Assembly: GCA_020536535.1 (NCBI GenBank)
Contig: JAHLWZ010000806.1
Span: 62,001 to 126,000, forward strand
DNA length: 64,000 nt
Source: Pelomyxa schiedti
Taxonomy: Eukaryota; Protista; Evosea
Reading direction: 5' to 3'
Part shown: piece by piece, positions 13,747-26,871 of the stretch
How positions within the stretch are numbered: position 1 is the stretch's first letter
How the letters are laid out: each line of letters begins with the position of its first letter
The notes under the pieces: model-generated
Told to the model about the DNA's origin: nothing
Seen by the model: only the letters and a program-made list of their open reading frames with translations
The model's database searches: none
Position numbers and translations under genes: made by a program

Positions 13747-15872
13747 ATGGCAGACACCACAACACCCGTAGCGACTGTCTCGTCCCCAACAGAGCATACA
13801 ACCACCCCCGCCTCTGCTCCCGCTCCCACCCCCGAGGCCCCTTCCACAGCCACTCCTTCTCCCACCCCCGCCACATCCGCCTCGTCCTCCTCCGCCTCTG
13901 CTGCCGCCACCCCCGCGGAGACCCCTGCCTCCACTGGCGGCGCCCCCGCTCAGCCGCAGCAGCAGCCCAACAAGCGCAAAGGCGCCCCAGCCGCCCCCAA
14001 GACAGGAGGGACCGGCGGCGGCGCCAAGAAAAACGCTGGGAAACCCGCAGCCAAGCCCGCGGCTTCGGCCGCTTCCGCTTCCGCTTCGGCGTCGTCTGCG
14101 GCCGCCAGCGAGCCAGTGGAGATGGACGCCCCGTCGCCCTTCTCCAATTGGAAAGTGAAGGGGGGCGTGGACTACAACAGGCTGCTGGAGCTGTTCGGGT
14201 CGTCGCCGATAACCCCCGAGCTCGTGGCGAGGGTGGAGGCGGTGACAGGCAAAAGGGCTCACCCGTGGTTGAGGCGTGGTCTGTTCTTCTCCCACAGGTT
14301 CTTATATCTCCTCACTGCTCATCCTTGCTCTCAATCTTTTTTTTTTTTTTTTTTTTTTTTGGGTAGGATAAGTGTAGTGTTTAGAAAACGCACATACTAA
14401 GGTAACCTAGGGAACTGGACATGATATTGAATCACCACGAGAAGGGACTGCCTTTTTATCTGTACACTGGCAGGGGTCCTTCATCTGGTGCTCTGCACTT
14501 TGGACACTTGATTCCCTTTTTGTTCACCAAGTAGACACTTGGGTTATTCATGGAGGGTACTGATGTTTTTTTTTAGATACCTTCAGGATGTGTTCAATGT
14601 GCCTCTTGTAATTCAGATGACTGATGACGAAAAGTTCCTCTGGAAAAATATTACCCTGGAGGCAACTTCACCCTTTCACAATAATCCCTAAACCTAATTT
14701 AATAACAGGAGGGACGACACTACATGCGAGAGAACGTCAAAGACATCATTGGTAACTAACCACAACAAATTATCAAGTTTCTAATTTCCGTTCCAGCACT
14801 TGGCTTTGACGTAACAAAAACGTTCATCTTTTCTGATTTGGAGGTAAGTTTTTCGTTTCCTTAATTGGGGATCACCAAACATTTTGCAGTATATTGGGCA
14901 CATGTATCCCCTTGTTTTGCGGATTCAAAAAATGATCACAGCCAACCAAGTTAAAGGAATTTTTGGGTGTGCCAACTTTCACCGCTGGTTTGTTTTGTTT
15001 ATTAGTTGTTAGCTTCACTGATTCAGATCACATTGGCAAGTATGGGTTCCCAGCAGTGCAGGCAGCACCGTCATTCCCCTGCTGTTTCCCACACATCTTC
15101 CCACCAGAGAAAATTCCTATCACCAAATGTCTGATCCCTTGTGCCATAGATCAGGTAAGGATACAAATTATTATCTTTAAGGATTAATAATCTTCAGGAT
15201 CCATACTTCCGAATGACCCGAGATGTCGCTCCAAGAATGGGCTTGGAGAAGCCTGCTTTAATCCATTCGAAATTCTTCCCGGCACTGCAAGGTGAAGTAC
15301 TAAGACCAATAACTTACTAGTGTTGATGTTTATAACAGGGTTCTCAACGAAAATGAGTGCTTCTGATCCCAACTCCGCTATATACCTTACTGACACACCC
15401 AAGCAAATTCGTAACAAGGTCAGTCAACTCTCAAATTATTCTATCCACGCTCAAGATGACCTATCAAACAGATAAATAAATACGCATTCTCCGGCGGTAA
15501 AGACACAAAGGAGGAGCAAATGAAATATGGAGCTAATCTCCTCGTTGATGTTCCCTATGCATACCTCACCTTCTTCCTTGACGATGATGCTGAATTGCAG
15601 AGAATTCACGACGTACCTTTCTTTTCCCATCAGTTCCACTCTTTTATGTCTTTCTAACTCCACAAAAAGGACTATCAATCAGGGCGAATGTTAACAGGTG
15701 AGGTAAAGAAAATCCTAGCTGACAAATTAATAGCTCTTGTTGAAGAGGTAGAGCTTCCATTTAAGTTCCTTTAGGACTCTTGCTTATTCATTTACAGCAC
15801 CAACGACGTCGTGCCCTTGTCACTGAAGAAGTTGTAGACTCATTCATGAAAGTTTTCCCACACACCCCATAA
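13747..15872 (+). CDS. WARS: Tryptophanyl-tRNA synthetase (cytosolic type) with Ala/Pro/Ser-rich N-extension
   Basis: [69 protein letters not shown]. Confidence 0.95.
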
Positions 15873-15925
15873 GAGGAAAAATGCAAATAGGAAAAATTTA
15901 AAGAAAATTTCTATTTGCACAATAT

Positions 15926-17308
15926 TCACATGCTTTGTGTTGGTATAGAAACGGACTGTAGTGATGGGCTTATATCATATGTAGGTGGGCAGATAGATGT
16001 GAAACAGTTGTAAAAGAGACCCTTGGCCCAGGGATTTCCCCTGGACTTGTACAAGCCACGCATCTAAGAGTTTGTTAGTGGTTGGTATTGGGTTGGAAAA
16101 CACTAAAGACCTCCTCGTGTGATGTTTGGGCTGTAGCCATAAGATAGAAATGGAAGCACATAAACGGGCCCACCAAGCAGAGGAGCACCGCCGCTGGAAA
16201 AATGAATAGACAACTATGGATAGTCAAATATTGTAAAACAATAAGTAGGAACAACCAGAAAGGGCATTGGGAAAACACAGTTCTAATAGGGGTTGTTGCT
16301 GCATTTGTCCAAACATGTACAATTTGCCAGCCACATACAGCGATTGTATAAGAGGGCATGAATGTAGAGGCAGTCAGAAGTAGAACAAAGTAGTTGTAAT
16401 TTCTGGGAAAAACATGAATCAAGGGACAAAGATCGTGAGAGATACCTTTGCCCAATGCAATTATTTACCCAGACACCGATGATGGCAGTTAAAGAAAAAA
16501 AAAAGGATAAGTCCAAAATGAAAAGCACTAAAAGCATAAATGGATACAATGGTGATCATGCTTTCTGACACATCGCCTGCCAAAACGATAAGAAGGAGGG
16601 AAAAAAAAAAGATGAGGGATACTGGCAGTCGTGGCAGTGAAAGGCCCTTGGGGGACGATAGTGGTGACAATAAGCTTGATTGGGAGTCATAGAAGGTATG
16701 TATAGTAGATAGAGATACCACAGTAAGATATGTCAACAGAAACACCATTCACTTTCACTTGGTATTTGGGAGGATTTTCCATTTCTTCAATGTGAAGTTA
16801 ACATACCTGTGTTAAAAACATTTACCAAACGCAACCTTTACTGGGCTCCTTTTTGTCAACTTGTTTAATGTAACCAGGGTCACAAAATCGGCACAGCAGT
16901 AGCGAAATCAAAGACACAATGGCCCCAGTTACGAATATTGTGTCAATAATGAAACGGGGCACCAACAAGTCCAGACATGGCGACCTTTAACCCGTCAGGC
17001 ACCATAAGACCGCAGTGAAGAACAAACACGAATACGAGAAACAGAATCGAAGGGCAGGTGACAGCGGATAAAGCCAAGTAAAACAACCCCGCCTCGAGTT
17101 CGTAAAACGGAAGAGCGACACAGTCCCACACCACGCACATCTCCACAAACCCTCCCGCTCCACAAAAGTCTTCTGTCTTCGTATTAATTACTCAATTGGA
17201 AGAAAACCGAGAAATACCACGCGATCGATCTGTCACATTTTACACCCTTGCAGGGAACTTCTGACTCCAGGTCGTGATTCTTGCTTTCTTTCTTTTGCGT
17301 TCGGCATT
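15926..17308 (-). CDS. DHHC (zf-DHHC) palmitoyltransferase
   Basis: Spliced [38 protein letters not shown] plus TM segments and a TSHE...NPW tail; start codon uncertain. Confidence 0.88.
16477..16547 (-). other. U12-type (minor spliceosome) intron with GT...CG termini, inside the DHHC Cys codon
   Basis: 5' GTATCCAT; branch TTCTTTAAC about 12 nt from the 3' end; no AG at the junction that restores [10 protein letters not shown]. Confidence 0.7.
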
Positions 17309-17452
17309 TCTACAGACTGGGGGCTCAGGCTCCACGAGTCCCCAATTCCAACGATCAAAAATCTCGTTTCACGACCGAAGTGGTGAAGGGGCAGAAGTAC
17401 CAAGGAGCTCTCCCCTGGAGGCACTAGATTTTTTTCTTCTTTAGCAGCAGGG

Positions 17453-20400
17453 ATGTTTGCCTCTGATGCATTCAAGCACGTGAGGTGCCCGGACGACAGC
17501 GCGTGCCCCCGCGGCCGCTGCTGCCACTTCTTCCACCCCCCGGTGCTCCCTCCCCCGTCGGCACTCCCTCCTCCCCCCCTTCCCCCCGCTACAGCCACCC
17601 CCGCCTCCTTCGCCTACCCCACACAGCCCCCAGGCCCACCAATCACGAGCACCACCACCAGCACCAGCACCAGCACCACCGCCGCCACCACGAGCACTGC
17701 CTCTGGTGCCTCTGGTGGCTCTGGCTCTGCTCCCACCGCACCCGCGCCCTCCTTGCCGTCGCCGAGACTGGCGCCGGCGCCCACCGGGGCGGTGCCGCTG
17801 CCGCTGCCGCTGGCCCCCCGCGCCCCCTCCCCCTACACGTCGCTGCCCCCGCGGCTTGCGCCCTCCCCGCCCCTGCCGCAGCCGGGCGCCCCGTCCGACC
17901 CCCCTCAGGCTGCGCCCCCTATGGTCCCCATGCCGCCGGCTTCCCAGCAACAACAACAACAACAGCAACAGCAGCATCAGCAGCATCAGCAGCAATATCA
18001 GTATCAGTACCAACAGGGGCAGCAACAACCGGTGCATGCTGCTGTTACTACACCGCCTCCTTGTGTGCAATACATTAATCAGCAGCAGAATACTCAGAGT
18101 GCCTCGGCTATTCCAGGTGGTTATTGTTCTACCAGTAATGTGGTCAATCACGCTGCTGCCCCAGCTTCCCCCACTCTCATGCCTTCTGCTCCTGCCGCTT
18201 CTGCTGCGGTTGTTGCATCACCCCCGTTTTCTCCGTCTCTTTCTACTACTCCTCCTCAACACACAGGCATCATTCAGCAGCAACAGCAGCAATATCAGAG
18301 GCAACAACAAATAGTACATACACCTGGATCCTCACAGCTTCCTCAACGCCTCTCTGTTCAGTCTCATCCGCAGCAACAACCTGGCTTGGGTCCTGTTGCA
18401 CTCTCTGCAAAGCCTAATGTGGGTGCCATTCCAAACAGGCAACCTCAGTCTGCATCGCTGCGGCCGCTTCAGGCTCATCAGAATCAGCCAATTCCTGGTA
18501 AGGTTGTACCCCTACCGCCACAGTTGCAGCAACCGTCTACTACGCAAACGCAAGCTATGATGCAACCACAGCCAGTGCAAGTGCAGGCAATGCCAATGCA
18601 ATTGCCAAAACCTATACTCCATCCCCAGAATAGGAAAGTTGTACCTCAGCTCCCGCCAAAGACAGTACAACCTGTAAATCAGTTACAACAAGCGGTTCCC
18701 CGCACTGTGAGCCCAACGCCAAACCAGCAGATGCACCTATCACCTTCACCCCCACTTCGTCAGTCTCCTTCTCCAGCAGTTTTGCCTCCAAGTATCGCTT
18801 TGGCTCCTCAAAATTCTGTTGACACTCCGCTATCTCCCACACAACAAATTCCGACTACTACTGCACGGAAGAGACCAGCAACAACAGCTCCTCAACAGAA
18901 GCAGCCTACGGAACCCAAACAATCAAAGATAGCAACACAATTACCCAACTACCAAACAAACACAGTCCCACTTCCCAATGTTCATCAACTGACAGCTCCA
19001 CAAGGTATTCTAAAACAATCTGCGGCACCAATTCTGAAAGTTGGTGCACAACACCCACCCACTCCTCAACAACCGCAGACACCAAAATTACAACAACTTC
19101 CAGCAGTTCCCCTAAAAAAGGGAGTGCAAACAGTATTACCCAAACCCCAACCAAAGAAAGTGGCTCAATCGCCCAATTCTCCACAGCATGCTCCAGGTCA
19201 AGTCAAACCAGCTCAACTAACGCAGCCCCACCAGCAAATGCAACATACTACTGCACAACAGCAAGTAAAACCACAAACTCTTCAACAGAAACCACCACTA
19301 AAACCACAGCTACCCCAGCAGCAGGTGCAATCCCGGCAACAAATTCTGCAACGGCAACAAGCTCAACTGCCACCATCACAACAAATGCAGCAGCAACAAA
19401 TTCAGCAACAAATACAACAACAAATTCAACAGCAGCAAATACAACAGCAAATGCAGGCACAAATGCAACAACAGCAAATCCAGCAACCAACACAACATTC
19501 TCAATTCCAACAACACCACTTGCAGCAGCAAGCACCGCAAAATAAGTTACACTCAGCACAAACCATTCATCAAGACCAACCAACACACCAACCTACACAA
19601 TTATCAACATTCCAGTTGCAGCACCTCCAGCAAGTTTTGCAACCACTTGACAATTCCAGTCAGCACATGGATTCCACTGCCATGCAACCAATTTCTCATC
19701 CAACTACTGCCGCACCCCAAAGGCCTATGGTTCAGCCCAAGGCTTCACCCCAAAATACTGCTGTATTACTCAAATCAGCACTCAGGAAAAGGTATCTCCC
19801 TCATTCTCTTCACAACTGATCTCACACAAAAAAACCTAGCAGTCCTCCCCCGACTCTTCCCATCAATACACAAGGTGCCATGCCGGACACAGTAACTCTC
19901 ACCGCAACACAGCCGCAATCACCTCCACAACAACCACAGCAACAACCCACAGGGCTTGTATTCCACCGTGCACGGTTGCCCACCAACACAACAGCACCAC
20001 AACAAGCAAATAACATCAGTCCAGGAACAGTGGTTCCACAGATGAATTCCGGCATCGGCAGCCGGCAGTCACACTTGGTATTCACACCTCCCCCTGCATC
20101 ACCTCCGTCATCTGCAACTGCACCAGGAAGTGACTTCCCATTTGTAGAAATCGTTATGAATCCGCATGTTCCGAGAAGCACTAGGCAGGGGTGCGTGACT
20201 CTATGTTGATGTTTTGTTTACTCACTCTGCTTTTCCAGTGTGGCTGAGAAGTTTTTTAACCTGTACTGTGCTGCTGGATTGAATAGAACAGAGGCTACTA
20301 GATATGCTCAATCTGTGGTTAGCCCCTTTTTTTCTTCGTTTATGGCCCCTTGTGTATTTATGTGTAATAGGAGTCCCAAATCTACAACCAATGCTCCAAC

Positions 20401-20457
20401 AAAGCCGGTTACATGCACCTTGCAAGCCAAACTACACAAAAACTACCCTTTACTTAA
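17453..20457 (+). CDS. REXO1/EloA-BP1-like protein: N-terminal CCCH zinc finger, ~800-aa Q/P-rich region, C-terminal helical domain; no exonuclease domain
   Basis: N-terminus MFASDAFKHVRCPDDSACPRGRCCHFFH resembles the REXO1/Rex3 N-terminus; spliced C-terminus VPRSTRQ...ESQIYNQCSNKAGY...QKL resembles the EloA-BP1 region. Confidence 0.55.
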
Positions 20458-20854
20458 GTAAACGCTTTCAAATTTACCCAAAAAAGAACGGAAAAAGATT
20501 TGGCGTCACCCATAAGTAGGTGTCGAAAGTGTGTTGATAACGGAGAACATGGAAGGAAAAACGCGAGCTACAGAAGTGACAAGTAAAACTGTGCCCGGCC
20601 TAGGGGGACTCCCATCACTCTCTAGAGCGGTAAGTACCCTCTGGACCGGCTTGGTTACTTTAACTGGATTTAAGCCCTTCTTTTTATCAGCCACTGGGAA
20701 CGAGACAACGGTACGGTTTGTATTGCGCAGTATTTCAAACCCTTGCTTGATCTAAGTGTGGAAGAGAAGCTTTTTTTTTTTTTTTTTTTTTTATTTGTGT
20801 AGGCTACTCAAAGTCACATACAACACTTCGTTTCAAGGTATTTTTTCCTGATAC

Positions 20855-23800
20855 TCATGAGTAAATAAGCCTGCCCTTGGTTGGTCCCTTCTCATAGTGT
20901 AATTTTGCCAAACTGGTAATGCCCAATCCAGCAACAAGGTATAGTGCACTTCCAAATCCAAAGGCCACCCAGCAGCCGACTTTGTAGTGCGGAACCACAT
21001 CGAAGCAAGTGTTATCCCCATTCAGCAAATCACCAAAGTACAATTCAAGGAGAGAGTTAAAGGAAGAACAGGGATCGGCAACAATGGCTTGCACTTGCGG
21101 TTTTAGCTCCCATAGTGAGGCAAGGAGAGTAAACAAGAAAACCTGAGGGATTGTAAGACCACAGTGGAATGTGAGGAGGTGAGGCTGTTACCACTGTAGC
21201 GGATGAATAGAAGGTAATCTCAGTGATAAAAGTGAAAATATCAAGTGCAACATACTTCAGGGGGACAACCCACAGAATGCCCATGAGAACTGCTGCTATA
21301 AATGGGAGGCAAACAACAAATATCCATAAGGCCCATTGAAGTAGTCTTACAGAGAATTTGTAGTCCTCAGCGCCTGACATCCCGGAATACAGTGAGTCCA
21401 CAAAACCAGCAACCGAAAAATGAGCTGTAAGGTTTGCTTCACTTACACCTGATTTTGTACTCAGCCACGCGGCAGCTCCTGTCACTTCAAGAGAAAAGAG
21501 CTCTGAAAATAGGCCATAGGCTAGAAGTAATGTGCCAACTACAAGGGAAAACGACATGCCAGCGGAAAGTGCTACACGGAGCCTGCTTGATAGTGATATT
21601 TGTTGGCACATAAGCACAGGTGGCATCACTTTGCCGTTCACACCGAGACTATTGCTCGGCTTTCTCTTTGCAAGAACATGCTGGTGGCCTTGAAGCGCAA
21701 AAAGAGTGAGGATTATTGTTGCTACGCAGCCAAGAATATATGTTGGATGGCCATACAACGGAGCCATGCTGATATCAAAGGCAACAGGCGAGGTTATGGT
21801 AAAAGTAGAAGGGTCATACACAGGCGTTGTAAAGTGGTATCGCATTACAACAAACATTAAAGCTTCGATATATGTGTCCATGAAACACCAAGTGGAAGAA
21901 AATGCTGAATAGAATGGTTAAAAATTTCCGAACAACAGGGAAACTGGCATACCAAGGAAGTATAGGAGGTACCCCCGGCGATTTTCCGATAGTATTTTTG
22001 TAGGAAGCATCCACGCAGCAATATCTAACAAAAGTACAAGGTAGTTCCAAAAATGAGAGCATAAAATGATGAGCATGGACACAGCCCAGCCACCATCAAT
22101 CCACATACTCTGAGGGATATGAGTGGAGATGTCGCATGAGTTGGGAAAAGGGCACATTTTCGTCATTATACATTGGTGGAAAATGGACCCAGCGCCCAGT
22201 TCCTGTGATCACAGAAATGTGAACTGCGGCATCATGGGCAACAGTGAATATCAAATAAAATGTGACGTTGAGGCAAATCAAAAGGGGAAATACAACTCTC
22301 CACCAGAGTGGAATATGAGTACAGAAAAACAAACAAGGTTGCCTGTTCTCACCGTAGTCTGGCAGGTTGGGAGATGAAGGATGTTTGGCTGCTGATAGTG
22401 ATGAAGTTTGCGATTGACTTGAATGCTCTGACTGAATATGCAGATGCTCCGACTTGCGTTTGTTTACACAGTAGACTGTAATAACTCCAATACCAAAGAT
22501 TGCGTATAGAATCAGTGAAACGGCTGTGCACCATGCTATTTCAGGGATATCTACCACTTCACACTCGGGTGTTTCATCAGGAATGTACTCACATGAAGAA
22601 TTTAGGCCGAGTGCTGAAAGTATGTTGTTTGCCGCCTCCACAAGGGGCAAGGCGGATATACCGTGAATAAGGGAAGGCAAACTGTAACTAATTGCAGATG
22701 AAAACGCTGAAGCAATACAATTTGCAGCCTTCTGTAAATCTTCTTCCAGGGCTCCGTGAGATCCTGCACCAACACCAGCACGCAGTGAGGATAGAGTGAC
22801 ATTGATGGAAGATAATGCCGTGCTTGCCCATTCAACCAAGGATATGATACAACCAGTATTCAGGCATTGAGCATTTGTAAAATTATACGCGGTAGTTGTG
22901 TGCATATCTAATTGCAGAATGGATATAATTTGGGTGCCACTAGCTTCAAATCCAGCAACCCACTCCAGATACAACCACAGGGGGTCATATATCACCCCTA
23001 GCCCCTGAGCAGGGGTAGTGAAATTAGTGCTTATAGTGATGTTAGCACTAAGTAAGGAAGACCCGATTGAAGATAAAAGTGAATACACGTCACTTGGAAG
23101 AAAGACATCAAGCTGGCTCCAGTTGTCAAGTCCAGAGATTGTCACCGATTCCAGCCCAACTGATATTGTACCAAGGTTTGGTATTTCTAACATGGCAATT
23201 TCGGTGGTGTTTGTAAGGTCGATGTTGATAACTCCTTTTGACAACATGAGTGGTTTTCAAAGTCAGACTTACACACCTGACCCTCCTGTAACAGCAGAGA
23301 AACCATTATTAAGCCCAACTGGACCAATGAAGTCAGTTCCAAAGTAGGCCACAGCATTTACAAGAGCTACAGTTGAGACATCATCCGAACCAGCCAGCAC
23401 AGGTGGAACTGAGATAATGGGATCAACGACGTTGGCGTACTGTGAAATAAGAGCATCAGCAGCCAACAACACTTGGGTTATGTTGTCATTCACAAGTTGG
23501 GTTATGACGGAGCATAATACAGAGTCCAGTGCACTTGCTATGGCAACAGTAGTTTCATTTTCCATGCCATTAAGATCATCAACAAGAGTGGAGTTTCCAT
23601 AGAAAATCAAATGAGGGACCATGAAATTTGCACCACAAGCTGTTGTGTTGGCACTCACTGGAAGATAGACATTGTCATAATAAGACATCAGCAAAGATAT
23701 TTCGAAATTGAAGGACGAATTGGAGACTTCAAGGAGCAATGTCCCATTAGCAGTAGAATGCAGTATCCTGCTGTGAGCCGAAAAAGCTGAGGTGCAGTTT

Positions 23801-24210
23801 GTTCCAAAGCCAGACACAGATATGGACGCCGAGAACGAATCCGTCCCCACAGAACTCTACAATCACATTTAAAACAAAGGAATAACAAAAAAAAAAAAAA
23901 AAAAACCACAAAAAAAAAAAAAAAAAAAGAAAACCCCCAACCCCCGAGAGCAAAAATGTACCTCGGACAAAACGGGGTCGGGCAGCACCACGCCCGCGCA
24001 CATCAAGTCAGACAGAGTTATGGTTACGCCGCCGGTCACAGAGAACGACGCGTACTGCCCAGGCATCATCCCAATCTCCACCTTGCCAAGCCACTCCCGC
24101 GCTGTAACCACGCCCAGGGCACCCCACCCGTGTTCCCCATTGTGGGACGGCATACCACCAACTGCCCCTACCACCACCGCCGCCAGCAACAACAACACAA
24201 TGGGCCTCAT
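20855..24210 (-). CDS. Large signal-peptide membrane protein; beta-rich (possibly BPI/TULIP-like) ectodomain and multi-pass (possibly PqiA-like) C-terminal half
   Basis: Signal peptide MRPIVLLLLAAVVVGA; consecutive long exons 23269-23850, 22096-23247 and 21057-21881 with many TM helices; domain names are inference. Confidence 0.6.
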
Positions 24211-24497
24211 CTCCCACCCCTCAGTATTGTAACAACAAACCTGCAAGTGCAAATGTCCTTTTGTGTTCGTCTGCCCGTTTGTGTGGGGGTAGATGGAAAA
24301 TGATTTCGGTTAGGTGAACTTCTGCGTTTGACAGCTCAGTACAGTAGCACCGTGCCCCCGGTTGCACCGTGCCCCCAAAGGAACAATTGCTTTGATTGAT
24401 CTATAGCTCCCAACAGTGAATGAGAGCCAGACTGAGAACCTCTGAGATCCCGGTACAGTCGGGGTAACCCACAAAGGAAGGGGAGAAAAAAAAAAAG

Positions 24498-25587
24498 ATG
24501 CATCACACGGCGATTGTTCTTCTAGTTGCGGTCGCGGTTAGTGTCACGTGCGCTAAGAATGCCGTGATGCCGTGGATGTGTCTCGAACGTGAGTGACTCA
24601 TTCTCTCTTTTTTTTTTTCCCCTTCTTTACCCGTCACTTTGGAGTTTCTGGCGTACGTACTGGTTTTTCTCGGTTAATAAGTGCGTAGGTTGTGGAGAAG
24701 ATATAACCAGTGATATGGAGCAGATTTTTCAGTATAGAGACACATTGTCTGCCGTTTCTTTTGAGGATTGGTGAGTGCACCTTTTTTTTTCCCTTTACCT
24801 TGTGGCTTTTGGGTTTATTCATTAAAGGGACTTGGGATATGGAGGAACACTGGTCAATAATGGGTTCACTTCTGTTAATTCAAAAATTCAAGCTATGGTA
24901 AGATTTTCGCAATGTTGTCCACAACCATTAAATTCCCTCAGGGCTTGCAAGCTTTCCCAATGATAACTACGGCAAATCTCGAAAAACTCCGTGAGTTGTT
25001 CGTTGATACCAGTTCATTTATCAGTGATGCTGTGAAGTATGCTGTTGACTATGGGTACACTGGATATAATTTGGACTTTGAGCCAGAAGATACAGGTAGT
25101 TTTCCGCACTTCCCTTTTTTGTAACATTCCTAACTTACACTAGCGACAAATGACGATGCTATATCATATGCCAAATTCTTAACTGATTTCTCAAATGCTC
25201 TCCACGCCCAAGGGGTGCAAGTACAAGTGGACATTGCATCCTGGAATTTATTCTGGAATTTCACCCTTATCAACGAGGTACCAAACTCTCTCACTCCCCC
25301 TGTAACACCAATGTCTACAGACACCAGTTGATAAAATAATCACCATGGACACATATGCATCCAGCTACAATACCTTTGCCACACGCCTTCAGCAACAAGT
25401 TGCACTGTTTGGTGCACAGCGCCTGGGTGTTGGATTTGACAATGAGTACACTATGTCAGATACAGAATTCTCACAACGTGTGGCCCTTGTGGAAAGCTAT
25501 AAGTGCACCGAAATTGATATATGGCAAGCTCCTGTTGGTGATTCTTGGTGGGCAGGGTTGCAAGAATTTGTTGACCATGTGTACTGA
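24498..25587 (+). CDS. Secreted glycoside hydrolase family 18 (chitinase-like)
   Basis: Signal peptide, GYTGYNLDFEP (GH18 catalytic DxE), MDTY, IDIW. Confidence 0.85.
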
Positions 25588-25860
25588 AATTGGAACAGCC
25601 TTCCATTAATTATTAACTCATAAAAGAACAAACAAATCCACAATTATTATTATAACTGTACAAGTTAGTTAACTGCCCAATGTCTGTGTTTGTTTGGACG
25701 GTCTGCACGGTATTGGAGAAGTTGACCCAGAGATTCCAGAAACCGCCAAAGCAAAGTAAAATTGCTTTATTTACATTCTCCCCCATAGTTTGAGCCAAGC
25801 CAATAAATTACAGAGAACGTGAGTGAATTAGCCCTTGCCCATTGTGTCAATTCCATTCAG

Positions 25861-26562
<702 letters not shown>

Positions 26563-26871
26563 TTATTTGCTTTTTTAACTTTAGTCTGTTTCTTTTCGCC
26601 ATGTTAAAGACGCTGCCGTAAAAACGTAGTGCCAACGTTGGCATTTTTTCCCGTTATCATCAATCACCTTCCTCAGGAGAATTCTCAACGAGAAAGGGAG
26701 TTCCCCCCCTGATTGCCAACGCTCACACTATGATTCCTACTGCAGTTCTTCTCTTTGAGAGCTCCCCGACTGAGGGACTGTGTTTTTGAAGATCGATCCG
26801 GAGGGATTCTTCGAATCACAGATCTCGAGATCAACAACCGCCATCCGTTTCTGTTCTGGAACACGCAGACG

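Noticed and set aside
13642-14366. Stacked overlapping ORFs at the GC-rich 5' end of TrpRS (similarly 17441-18314, 44552-45388, 57500-58186)
   Set aside because: GC-rich low-complexity sequence lacks stop codons; these are shadow ORFs.
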